DNA of 47,936 bases, counting the filler, from Catajapyx aquilonaris (taxonomy: Eukaryota), in NCBI GenBank assembly GCA_000934665.2. It is 2 parts of 2 records of this genome, joined end to end, with 100 filler letters (N's around TTAATTAATTAA, not from the genome) between each part and the next. Parts side by side here need not be neighbours in the genome. Positions count along the whole stretch, not along the records: positions 23,908 to 47,936 come from JYFJ02005627.1; 1 more part is not named here. One strand, 5' to 3'. The position numbers and the translations under genes are program-made. A model generated the notes under the pieces. The model made no database searches and was not told the origin of the DNA. It was given only the letters and a program-made list of their open reading frames with translations. This document shows positions 37,129 through 47,936 of the stretch, piece after piece; the first letter of the stretch is position 1, and the number at the start of each line of letters is the position of its first letter.

Positions 37129-37543
37129 AATATATGCATTTTTTGTTGGGCACCATACAAAAAATGCAAATATTTTATTTTATGTTGTATGTTCTTGAAG
37201 TTGTAGTTGTTTGTAGTCACTGTGCTGGAAAATAAATTGTTCAAAGGAAGCATCAGATTGTTCCAAGGTACATCACCATATTGTACCATGGAACATTTGC
37301 AACACTCTCACATATTAATTATTTTTAGTAAAGTTATTAGTGATATACAAAATGAGTAAGTTCCATTGTGTGGGCAATAATATGCTTTATACATGGACAC
37401 TTTCATATGTTGAAAACATGACCAACTTTACTAAATAAAAATAAATGTTTAAAAAGTGTTCTATGGTACAGCCCTCTCCCCTACTCGTATATTCAACTTG
37501 TATGATTGCGCTTCCAAGAGAATGAATGTGTGTCTGTATCACG

Positions 37544-38010
37544 TCACAGTTTACAATCAGGCCATTTCGAATGTAAGCGAGGACTTGACCAGCAATGTAG
37601 TACGGTACTCCATGCATACGGTTTTTCATGGGTCACGTGCGGCCAGTAGCCACTAGCCCGAGCAGCAGATGTGTTTTTTCTCGGGGATACGCAAAACAAT
37701 CTGAGGATTTCGTCTCTTAAAGCCTTCCAGTCCCTGCAAGACCACTGCACTGGCAGGAAAGTCGTGTGATATTCCATTCCGTTCAGCATACTGATATGCT
37801 ATGCTGCTATAGGACCATGAAGAACATCGAAACCTATGAGATCATCCAATTGCAGGCGGAAGTCTCCAGTGTATAATATTCTTTTCCCATTACATGTTTC
37901 AAACAAGAACATTACAGAACCTGGGCAGTGGTCAATTGGTAGCAATGTCACCCAGAAAGGCTTGATGTAAAAACCTCGAGTCCATTAAAAGGACCTTCCT
38001 GCTGCGGAGT
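37544..38010 (-). pseudogene. Degraded Artemis/SNM1 (DCLRE1-family) metallo-beta-lactamase/beta-CASP nuclease fragment
   Basis: Minus frame 37963-37802 (missed by the ORF track): [49 protein letters not shown]. After a TAG (37801-37799) the same frame continues HISMLNGMEYHTTF. Compare Artemis [27 protein letters not shown]10-LH...YLDTTF. Confidence 0.75.
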
Positions 38011-38104
38011 AAACACAGGCCTACGGAAAGAAGCAACCGAGACAATAATGGCACAAGACAGTACTGCAGGTATGTAGTGTTGTATTAGGCCTAAAGACCA
38101 TCGA

Positions 38105-38305
38105 CTATAATTTTATCTGTTTCTTCAAGGAGCTCCTTGTGTGCTCTTCGTATGTGTCTTTAAATGTCACCCTACATCCTTGCTGACCACAAATAAATTG
38201 TCTTTGAGAACAATTTTGTACGGCATGGATGTGTCTTAGGTGGGTTGCTAATGCCGAGACTTTTCCGGGCAAGCTTCTGTTACAGACAAAACAAGTTAAT
38301 GCCAT
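38105..38305 (-). pseudogene. N-terminal C2H2 zinc-finger ORF fragment of the type seen in animal CACTA-like elements
   Basis: MALTCFVC...LATHLRHIH...FICGQQGCRVTF. Confidence 0.45.
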
Positions 38306-38349
38306 AATTATTATAATATGGAGAGAAATGACAATAATTCATTCATAAC

Positions 38350-38770
38350 TTGAATATTGAAGTCAATGCCCATAATATGTTGTTGTTGGCAGTGATTCTG
38401 GGCAGCACTTATCAAGGATCTGACTTTTATGGGCCTTTTCTGGGATCCCAACAGTGTGAATCTATATTCCGAGCTATGAGAAGCATGACGAGCATTTTCT
38501 CTACAGTAGTAAATTTTGGCATCCTCGGGCTTCTTCAGAGACTTCATCGCCTGGACGTGCAGATGGAGATTGCTATTTATGATGAAACAAGCTTGTTATG
38601 CCATCTAAAAAAAANNNNNNNGGGGGGGGGGGGACAGTAAGATCAGGAGGGCCTGCTCCGCAGGGAAAGCGAGTACGCATGAAGTCTTGACAGAGTACCA
38701 CAAAATATTTGAATGCATCCAAGTTGCTCAAGCAGAAGCCAACAAGCTCTTAAATAGTGTAGGGCTTCCA
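38350..38770 (+). pseudogene. Transposase-like fragment (P-element-related; family uncertain)
   Basis: FLGSQQCESIFRAMRSMTSIFSTVVNFGILGLLQRLHRL, then IFECIQVAQAEANKLL; spans a 7-N gap. Confidence 0.45.
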
Positions 38771-39364
38771 GAATACAACAATTGTGTACCTATGCTAAAA
38801 ACACGAACACTGCCTAAGAACCGAGCTAAGAACACGAAAGGTGATGCACATAGCGACTTCCTCGGTGACTTCATGTGCCCTAGTGACGAGGAAATTGATG
38901 CGTGGAATGAAGACTGGAATGTTTCTGAACTAGAGTTGAGCGAACCAGAAGGATTGCAGCAAGACCTGCTCCGCATGAAGGGAAGTCTCGAGGAAAGTCT
39001 GGAGCGAAACAGTGACTCAATCGACACAATAGATATGGGCATGAATAATACGTCAGTGACTCCACCAAATCAAGGGAAGAGTTCGGGAAGGAGGCATAAA
39101 AAACCAAAATTGGCCAAGAACGTGGGGTCATTTCCTACATATTCACCTACGGAATGTGATCCAGACTCAACAGAATGTGACTTGCCATCACACTATGTGG
39201 AGTATACAGATGGTCCGCAATCAGACCGTCCTGGTGGAATATGAGAAATATAGAAGTCTATAATAATCAGTCACTTATGGTAAAATTATCATCAGTAAGA
39301 TCCGGTAAGATGAATGTTCATTTCAATGGTACAGGATCAATCAGAGGATCAGAAATGGGGAAGG

Positions 39365-39470
39365 AGGATCAGTAGGGGGATCCGAGGATTGGTAGGGGAT
39401 CCGAGGATTGGTAGGGGATCCGAGGAGGATTAGAGGATCAGTGGAAGGATCACTGATCCTCGAGGATCTA
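39365..39470. repeat. 20-bp tandem repeat (GGATCCGAGGATTGGTAGGG), ~3 copies plus degenerate copies
   Basis: Directly visible; resembles transposon subterminal repeats. Confidence 0.8.
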
Positions 39471-39489
39471 GTACAAAAATCTTCGAATG

Positions 39490-40985
39490 TCGGACCCCTC
39501 GAGTAACTGGCTGAGTCACGTGCGTGAATTTTTGAATGAAAATGTAGATGAGTTGTCAGATGTGTCGTGGTCAGCATTCCACGCTAGCCGGAGCAGCGGG
39601 TCACCTGCATTAGCCGCCATCAACGCGCTCCTTCCCCTATTCCATGAAAAGTCGAGCTCTGTAGCAATGTTGCGGCATGGCATGAACGTTCTACGGGACA
39701 TAACTAAGTACCTGAACGGGTTATAAACGCCCGTCATGTGCGTCGATAAACTCATATACGCTATTTGCAAAAGAAAATCAAGTGGACCTGGTCCAGTGCA
39801 TATAGGGAGGATGAATTTGTGATCATTCTAGGACCTCTCCATATTGAAATGTGGTACCTATACCCCGCTATACGTATTCTGGGCCAGTTCATGCAAGGTT
39901 CAGGCTGGGGTGCAATTGCGTCCCAATCTGGCATCACGACGAGTGGCTGTGCGGATGCCTTGATGAAAGTAAGTCACCTAGTATGTCCTTCACTTCATTG
40001 TTAGTTGTATTCTGTTCTTTTCAATCTTATCGAGCTATCATGAATGGTATAACGCAGGTTACTCATGTCAAGAGAGCGAGGGAAGTCCACCAGGTGACTA
40101 CAGCTGTACTGCACTCTCTCCTCCTAGAAGCATAATTATGAAACCCTCGGTGATAAGACACTTCAGGGGTGGATCGAAGAGATGTCAAAATCATCACCCA
40201 CTTTTTATTACTGGCTCTTACTTTTGAATCTTGAGATTCTCTTGCTGTATTTTGTGCGCGCCGTAAGGCAAGGCAAATATACTATATAGGTATAATGAAG
40301 CGCTCAAGCGCATGGCACCATGGTATTTCTTGTACGATCATCCACACTACGCTCGGTGGCTTTCTGTTCACATCCAGGACATGGAGGAACTGCCGACTCA
40401 AGCTCCTGACGTTCACAAGGAATTCCTGGCAGGTAAGTGTCTCATTTACCTATCGCAAGCGTTCATAGTGTGATACATATGAGCCCATCACAAATGGTGA
40501 ACGAGCTGAAAGAGGAGCTTCGCAAAGCGGCAGCTGGCCGGACTGCCCTGCAGAACAAGAATGATAAGTTGAAGGAAAAAATTGAGCGGAAGGGTCGGCA
40601 GTTCGAGAAGATCTACGAGCTGAGGTAAGTTGTCAAATAGGGCATTATGGAAAGCCAGCTGTTCTTTCCTGAGCTATTGAATGGCATTACTTAATTGATT
40701 AATTGATATTCAACGTAGAGCTTCCACAGGCATGCTCCCGACTAATTGGGATGACTATCTGCGCAATGACTCGAACAAGGAAGAATTGTTCCACTACCTT
40801 GCTGGTGTAGTGCTCGATGGCTTGAAGGATGTGCACGTAGTGACAAATATTGGTACAGAAATCAGACATGGACCGTCGAAGTTGGGTGGTATTTCGTCGG
40901 CTCAAATGGAAAAGGCTGACGGAAGAATGATGCTGCACGTGAAAGACATGGTTGAGCACGGATCAGAGCGTGTTCTCATTCGTAG
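39490..40985 (+). pseudogene. Second, distinct Academ element: transposase domain and start of XPG-like domain, with apparent introns
   Basis: VSWSAFHAS..LLPLFHEKSSSVAMLRHGM..FVIILGPLHIEM..GSGW..ALMK|VTHVKRAREVHQVT..SPTFYYW..YDHPHYARWLSVHIQDM..EFLAG; later PTNWDDYLRNDSNKEELF..EKADGRMMLHV. Confidence 0.75.
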
Positions 40986-41563
40986 GTTAGTATATATGTG
41001 TGTATGCTGATAACTGGGGCTCACAAACAGGTATTTCTTAATTTTTGTGATGCATGGCAATTTCATTTATTCCAGGTATGACCTATCTAAGGCGTTATCA
41101 GTGGTGGAGTTCCCAGAGTCGAGTTAGAAGCAGTGCCCTCAAAGGGGATGGCATCATGTCATTCAAGTGATGATGGAGCAGCAGTGACCTGCTGGCGGCC
41201 GCCACCACATGAGAATGCGACAAAAATGGCAGCCAACAAAGAGGACCCTGATGTGTCCACTTGGGAACTCTTTCAAGGTGTTTCATTCCACTGGTGAATA
41301 TCAGTAGATATTTTCAAGTAGTCTTTTCATGTAGGAAATTGCATAACTGTCCGTAAGAGGACATGTTAATCTTGGATGTTGAATCTATGTGCTGCTGCTC
41401 CTTATAATTAAATTTCATTAAATTTTCAAGTTGTCTCATCACTGCACGACAAAAAGCCACTGGCAGAAGATCAAAGTGATATTGCTACAAACAATGACAA
41501 TCACCAGGCAGACCTGCAGGTGAAGATTCATCTAATTTTTGGTAAGTAATGGCTATTATTTGA

Positions 41564-41626
41564 TTCCACCTCAGCATACATCATTTCCACCTCAGCATAC
41601 ATCATTTCCACCTCAGCATACATCAT
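41564..41626. repeat. 21-bp tandem repeat, 3 copies
   Basis: TTCCACCTCAGCATACATCAT repeated. Confidence 0.85.
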
Positions 41627-42233
41627 TAGCTGGAAGTACATTTTCTCTTCATAAAATTGAATCACGTATGACGTAAGCTCAGTGACATTGCGATCTATTC
41701 AGCACGTATTAAATTTTATTAGTTTTACATTTTGTGGAAGACAATTATAATAAATATTGGCCTGTTGTGACAGAACAATAGTGCGCAGTTCAATTTGTTC
41801 AATTTTGTTAGGTAACATAAATCCCTATAGTCATGGAGCGCATCACAAAATGTGTACTATTTGCCTTTAAACTGAAGACATCCCATATATATACTGTATT
41901 TATGTACTGTATTTATGTATTATATATATTATACTGTATTTATGTATTTTATTATACTAGCAGCGGTGCCCGTTCTTCGCACGGGGAAAATAAGAGCGTG
42001 AAGATTTACACCGAGATCACCGAGAAGCAATATTATACGCAAAACTGCTCATTCCCTTGCGTAATAAAGAGCCAAGCAACTATGGTTATGTGGTTATCAG
42101 AATACAAAAAGGTGGGACAGATGGAGAGAGAAACGAGGAGGAAAAAGAAGAGAGCCAGGTCCCCTGAACCCTGAAAACAAGCAATTGGAACACTGACTAC
42201 GACGTTTGACTATTTTTATATATTTCTATAGGG

Positions 42234-42760
42234 TTGTCACTTACGAAAAGGGAATTATTCGAAATCATGAGGCAGGCACCCAGCAACGCCAATCAGCGTG
42301 CATTTTTTGAAGGGAAAGTGATGCAGTTGGTAGACCCTGATCCGGAAGCTGAAGGTTATGACTCCATGATTAAAACAATTAAGGTAGAACTCTCTAGATT
42401 TTGCAGCAAGTTTCAACAGAAATGGCAATCTTCTGTTAGGAATGCAAGCTATTTTGTGGAAAAATATGGAACAAGGCTAGAGGGGGAAGTCACATTTACG
42501 GACAAAGCGCAGAAGTCGGGCCATGCTACGCAAGAGGCTGGACGTGGTCGTCCCAGCAGAGACTTTGCAGAGAGTAGTAACCGATCAACTCAACAGATCA
42601 ACAGAAGAACTCCGCAGAACTACAACCACCCCGGAAGTGACTTACGCTGCACAAATGAAGCTGCGTCAAGCAGGAAACGAAGATTCCGCTAAATTAGTAA
42701 AAGAAGCAACAATAACTACTCCGTCAAGGGCCAAAAAGATTCGTCTGGCATACCGGAGAA
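42234..42760 (+). pseudogene. Transib transposase N-terminal fragment
   Basis: GRGRPSRDFAESSNRS / TEELR..EVTYAAQMKLRQAGNEDSAKLVKEAT.TTPSRAKKIR (one frameshift), typical of the region preceding the Transib/RAG1-like core. Confidence 0.7.
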
Positions 42761-42789
42761 GCTTGGGGAGCATGCTTCTGTCTTCGTGC

Positions 42790-43005
42790 CAGCAGACAGT
42801 TCAAATTGAGGCAGAGGACAAGTTGACCGGCAACCTGGCAGACAGACAGAGGGGTACTGGAGCAAGCACCTGAACAGACTGTGAGAGGATATCTCGCGAA
42901 CAGCTGGCCTCGAGACAATTTTGACACTATGTGTTGGATGCAGTGTCATGCTGCGTCGAAACATCGACTTACACGAGGGTTTGGTGAACGGCTCCATGGG
43001 CACTA
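42790..43005 (+). pseudogene. Helitron PIF1-type helicase fragment
   Basis: RTAGLETILTLCVGCSVMLRRNIDLHEGLVNGSMG (PIF1 'VML.RN....GLVNG' motif). A Helitron-like end ACTAGCAGCGGTGCCCGTTCTTCGCACGGG lies at ~41955-41985. Confidence 0.7.
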
Positions 43006-44732
43006 ATACCTTGCCCAAAATCATCTATGTATTTAATTTCGTAAAATGCGTAAGTAAGACCTCTGGGTTACATTAACCGTTATGGTGTAGCTCTTACGTG
43101 GTATCCGTCAACTAGCTCTTACTCTTCTTTTTTTTGTTTTAAATTCCGTAGGAAGTGTTTTTGGGATAATACATACTTGAACTAAAAAGTCTGTGTATAT
43201 ATACACACTTAACCTTAGTAAGTAACATACTGGTATGCAATTTCAGGAGATGGAATCAACAAGCAGCCATTTTGTGGATAACAAACACTTAAGGAAGCTT
43301 TTGGCATTGGCACACAAACATCGGCAACCTGTAGCCACAAATTTGTCGTCTTACCTAGCATCTCACGAAGGGGTAAGTAATGTGTCCAACTGTGCATGTA
43401 ATGTACTGTAATTATGTCAAATAATGTGATGCAAGTGTAATATGACTGTACCATAATATCACTATACATGTAAGGTACTAAGGTCTATGCTGTTGGTATA
43501 TGTATACAGAATTGTGTTTCACAATATGTATAGAGGTCCAATTATTTACCTGATTATTATTTCAGCTCAAAATAGACTGTGAGGTCCGATTTGGCAGGTC
43601 AATGTCACAGATGGCGACAGACATGAAAAAAATTCAAGAGGCCTATGCGTTGACCATGAAAGTGCCTGGAAGACCATTGAGGACCACCTCCGTGCTCCCA
43701 ATGGCATACACAATTTCGTTAATGAGGTGAGTGTTTTGAGATCGTGAGTTACTAACTTCTGGAAACACTTGGATAATGTAAACAATACCTAATTATCATC
43801 CTTTTTGGCAATCTAGGCAACCTCCTGCACCCCATGACAAATGCACATACTGTATCTCAAATGATTATTCCATTGTATTATGTATTCCGTCTTATAGTGC
43901 ATCATACCTGCATGCGTTTATCATTCCATGAGCAATTGGAAGTCTCCATAGAATTTGGAAAGTGCAATTAGAGTGTGCTACAAGATTAGGCCTATATAAG
44001 TGTCTAATTGTATATCTCTATATGTATGTTAGGTGGATTTATCTCCTGACACCCCACGACCACCTGGGCCATGCCTCTACAGGGGGAAAACGTCACGGGG
44101 AGGATAAATTCAAACTGAGATAGGGCTTTCCATGCAATGTCATGCACTTAACGTAATTATTTTCACACACTTATAAGTGAGCTAAAAATGTGAGAATTGG
44201 CAGACCTGTAACCCAGACATCCAAGACAACGTCAAATGTCCAGAATCACACATTTTCGCCCTGGGGCCGGCCCACGGGCGAAAGTTCTTAGGCAAGGCAA
44301 AAAGGGCATAATTCCCTTCTTGGCCAACCGAATGACACAACAGCGTCGCGAAGGCAATCACCTACGTATGCCCAGACCAGGTAGAAGCTGCTGAAGTGTT
44401 CCGGTTAGTGAATGACTTCTTTGACATCTTCAATGCCCGTTGCCATACTGGAAGCCAAAATCAACTCGCGAGTGGATCTGGGTCGTCAAATTTGCGTGCC
44501 CAGTTGAAGGTTATGTGCAACTTCAAAAGGTTTCGCGCAACAATGCGCTGCAAGGGGAAGACAAGTCTACTGCCCTTCCAGAAAGGATTCCTAATGAATA
44601 TTCGTGCACTGAAAGGACTGTATTCCTTTTTCACCAGCAATGGCGGGAGGTATATCTTAACCTCCCACTTAAACCAAGACATTCTTGAGAACCTGTTTTC
44701 TCTGATTAGGGGCCTTGGACATTTCTATGACC

Positions 44733-46597
44733 TGTGATAGGAGAAAAAGGAGATACTGGGTGGATGCATAGTAAGCAGAGAGTCACCGCCACGAGGTCTA
44801 TGATGCAGGCAACACTCACAAGATGAGAACATGAGGTTCCCAGGAGATAGAGCAAGTGACATAATTATGAGCCCAAGTCATGAGGGGCACAAGTCATGAT
44901 GAGAACTATGAACATATAGCAATCAGACAAGATGACAGAATTTGGAAAAGGTAAACGCGAAGATGGCCTCTTTAGATAAGAAAGATAGGGACCTGTTGCA
45001 TTTAGTAGAGGACCAGGCAACCATTCTCAACACGGTTGATGGCCATGTGGAGAGAAATGAAAGACTGTTGGGTAAATTGGCTAACATCACTGGGGAATTA
45101 AGTACGGCTGTAGCATCTCTGTCAACCGAATTGGTAGAGCAGGTTGGAAATTTGGGAGAGAGAATTTACATTATGGCCATGATAGAAACATATCTGAGGG
45201 TGATGGAGCTGACCCTGACACAATGTCAAGTCGAAGTCTCTTTGCTGGCTGACTCATTGGACGTGACCTCTCAGGGACGTTTAAGTCCGTACATTTTGGG
45301 TCCATCTGACTTGTTCTTGACTTTACAACGAATTTCTTTGAAGCTGCCAACTCATTTAAATTTTATTGTCACCTTACGGGAAGACTCCATTTTTTCTTAC
45401 TACAAGTGGGCTAAAGTCCACACAGCTGCAACCCCCACTTCCACCCGCCTTTTCATTGAAATCCCACTCAGAGACTCGAACCAGTATTTTCTTGTATACA
45501 ATGTAATCCCTTGGCCTACCCTGATCAATGCTACTGATACAGCCCTCGTTATCCAACCCGACTCCCCCTACCTTGCTGTGACGGAGGACCAGCAGTCCTT
45601 TGTGGAACTTACCATCCAAGATCTACCCAGATGCTTGCAAGGTCCTATCAGTGTGTGTTTCCCCAGTCAACATATTTCCACTCCCCCGTCTACCTCCTGC
45701 CTATACCAATCCTTCGTGCAACTGCCAGCCCGCCATCGCGTCTGCCACGAGAGGGCGAGACCGAGGAAATGAAGGTTGCCATGTGATGGTCCAGCGCTTA
45801 TGCTGCAGCTGGGGAGGTGGCGTGCAGAAAGGATGAGTGGCAGCCACCGGAGCAGCCGAAGATGACGCCAGGTGGAACTTTAGGGGCACCTTGCTGCTAC
45901 AGCGACGGCGTCCCGTGTTCGAGGGACACCGTGCGCTTGTCCTAAGGAAAGGCGTATGTGATAGGAGAAAAAGGAAATACTGGGTGGATGCATAGTAAGC
46001 ATAGAGTCACCGCCACGAGGTCTATGATGCAGGCAACACTCACAAGATGAGAACATGAGGTTCCCAGGAGATAGAGCAAGTGACATAATTATGAGCCCAA
46101 GTCATGAGGGGCACAAGTCATGGTGAGAACTATGAACATATAGCAATCAGACAAGATGACAGAATTTGGAAAAACAAAGGGAAGGGCAGTCAGGACGGAG
46201 AGAGGACCGTGGGCAGTCGATCCAGGCTGACCGGGACGTTCGAGAATTGGACAGCGATTGACCCGCAGGAGGTCAACGAGGACCCAGCAGAGGACCAACT
46301 AGGCATCCGGAGCAACACAGTGAGTAGAGGGAGCATACAGCAGAGAACCGGGGATATACAGTGTACCTACCAGGAACCGTAGTGTAGCGTAGCCCACTTG
46401 TGAATAAATCTGTGCCGCAAATGAAGTAATATGTAAAAGCAGTCCAAGCCAAGTTGATTCCCCTACCCAGGAGTGCCCCTAACCCACGGCCGCTTGAACC
46501 CTTCTCGGGTCCGGCACCTTACCTCGCTTCCCAAGTGCACCCAACCAGTCCCTCTCCCCTCCTTACCCACTCCTACCCCACACAACCTCCCGTTACA
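44733..46597 (+). mobile_element. Internally deleted Gypsy/errantivirus-like LTR retroelement retaining only env
   Basis: Partial 5' LTR 44733-44949 nearly identical to 45957-46173; full 3' LTR 45957-46597 (TG...CA, AATAAA 46403); purine tract AAGGAAAGG before it; 4-bp TSD GACC/CACC (1 mismatch). Confidence 0.85.
44942..45772 (+). pseudogene. Envelope glycoprotein fragment (baculovirus F / errantivirus env-like)
   Basis: 276 stop-free codons: heptad-rich region then GRLSPYILGPSDL...SYYK...IEIPL...YNVIPWP...YLAV...C...C...SCL; lacks signal peptide and TM anchor. Confidence 0.7.
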
Positions 46598-47828
46598 CAC
46601 CACCCATTACCAAGTGAGGTGAAGAATATAGAATTCGGCTCCTCCTCCTTGGTGTAAACGCTCGTGACGTTCCTATGTCAAGTGCAGCCCCAGTTACCAG
46701 GGTGTATGAGAATAATAATACAAAGTTCATGACAGCGGATCTGTTCACCGGCATATGGGACATGGGACGACATAGTATCACATTCCACTTCTGAGGTGGA
46801 GCAGAGGGAAGTCACAGCCAGTGGTACGGCCAGCAGCTCTACAACCTTTCCAGAGGAAGCAATCAACACCTCCAGCAATGTCGATTGTCCCGCGGAAGCT
46901 TTCAAGTATCTGGCGGGATATATTGCTTACAAGTGTCGAGATGTTGACCGAACAATTGCAACCCCAACAGGGGAATTGACACTTGCAGCAGGAGATGTAG
47001 GCCTGTCTTGGATCAGGGTCCTGTCTAGGGGAGGTTTGTTGGAGCCTACTGAAGAATTGTTAGACACAATTAAATTATTGGAGGTGTCTTTTGCAGCATA
47101 CCATGGATCACATATTTGCAAGGACCGAAAAGTGATTCAGAAACTCAAATTTGGGAAAAGTTTCCCAATGTGAATGAGAGAGTGATTCATCATTTTGTCC
47201 GGGTCCGAACCTTCATAAGATTACGTTTTTTAAACGAAACATTTCTGGAAGAGAGGGCAACACGTGCAGCAGCTAGGGAAAATAAGAAGTGGTAGAAATC
47301 TGCCGTTTAATTTTTTATCGCGGATTTTGCAGACATTGCCACGTACATAATAATAATAATAATCATCATCATCATCATTAGATCCTGTGTGTTACGTTGT
47401 GGTACATGCAAGGGTACATGTCTTCATATACGTGCAAAGTGTGTGGTGGTGTGAATTGTGTTACAATCTTTGCGTATGTTTGTCGGTGGTTCAATGTCAG
47501 TGTTCAGTGTGCCAATTTGTGTCATTCGGTTAGCCTAGAAGGGAATTGTGCCCTTTTTCCCTTGCCTAAGAACTTTCGCCCGTGGGCCGGCCCCATGGCG
47601 AAAATGTGTGATTCGGGACATTTGACGTTGTCTTGGATGTCTGGGTTACAGGTCTGCCAATTCTCAAATTTTTAGCTCACTTAGAAGTGTGTGAAAATAA
47701 TTACGTCAAGGGCATGACATTGCATGGAAAGCCCTATCCCAGTTTGAATTTATCCTCCCCGTAACGTCACGCCGTGATTAAGGGAACATTGGACTAATAT
47801 ATTCGTTCTTGTGCGTAGTGAAACCATC

Positions 47829-47936
47829 ATGAGCTATTCACTGCCACCCCCGCAACCACTCGATTTTTCGATGAGCCCAGCTGACGCGTGGACGACGTGG
47901 AAACAAAAGCTACAGATCTATCTACGTGCCACAGCC
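47829..47936 (+). CDS. Start of a Ty3/Gypsy gag ORF (runs off the window)
   Basis: MSYSLPPPQPLDFSMSPADAWTTWKQKLQIYLRATA matches the PPxxLDF..W..WK..F..YL.A gag N-terminus; only 36 codons visible. Confidence 0.6.
   Translation, partial: MSYSLPPPQPLDFSMSPADAWTTWKQKLQIYLRATA

Larger units (their letters stand above)
44090..47767 (+). mobile_element. P-element-superfamily transposon with ~250-bp terminal inverted repeats (Galileo-like), internally deleted, split by an LTR insertion
   Basis: 44090-44340 is the reverse complement of ~47517-47767. Transposase pieces: SVAKAI..LVNDFFDIFN..LLPFQKG..YILTSHLNQDILENLFSLIRGLGHFYD (to 44732), resuming HPLPSEVK (46602) ...KYLAGYIA..SWIRVLSRGGLLEP..RTFIRLRFLN (to ~47294). 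THAP N-terminus missing. Confidence 0.85.

Noticed and set aside
39365..41626. 20-21 bp repeats (also 32877-32937) as CRISPR-like arrays
   Set aside because: Head-to-tail copies with no unique spacers, eukaryotic context, no cas genes.
1674..47936. Functional linkage between the Tudor piRNA gene and the TE-dense region
   Set aside because: They are separated by another gene and an artificial gap; adjacency may be an assembly artefact.

Overview
Eukaryotic (metazoan, probably arthropod) genomic DNA with spliceosomal GT-AG introns. A 100-nt artificial gap (N44-TTAATTAATTAA-N44, 23808-23907) splits it into two very different halves. Left half (1-23.8 kb): a complete 9-exon gene for a ~2324-aa protein with nine extended Tudor domains and a long acidic tail (Tudor/TDRD6-like, 1674-13646 +), then a TMCC/Dementin-family gene (+) with up to three alternative phase-2 first coding exons, cut off by the gap. 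Introns and intergenic DNA carry several foldback MITEs and a V-domain tRNA-derived SINE, and a fixed-spacing CCAAT/E-box/YY1 module repeats three times upstream of the TMCC gene. Right half (23.9-47.9 kb): no intact host gene, but a dense patchwork of decayed or nested transposon pieces (CACTA/EnSpm, LINE ORF1, two Academ, hAT, pogo, P-like, Transib, Helitron, a long-TIR P element carrying an env-only LTR element, Gypsy gag), nearly all coding on the + strand. It also holds a perfect minimal type I hammerhead ribozyme and a degraded Artemis/SNM1-type beta-CASP nuclease fragment on the - strand. All family assignments come from motif recognition by eye, not database searches.
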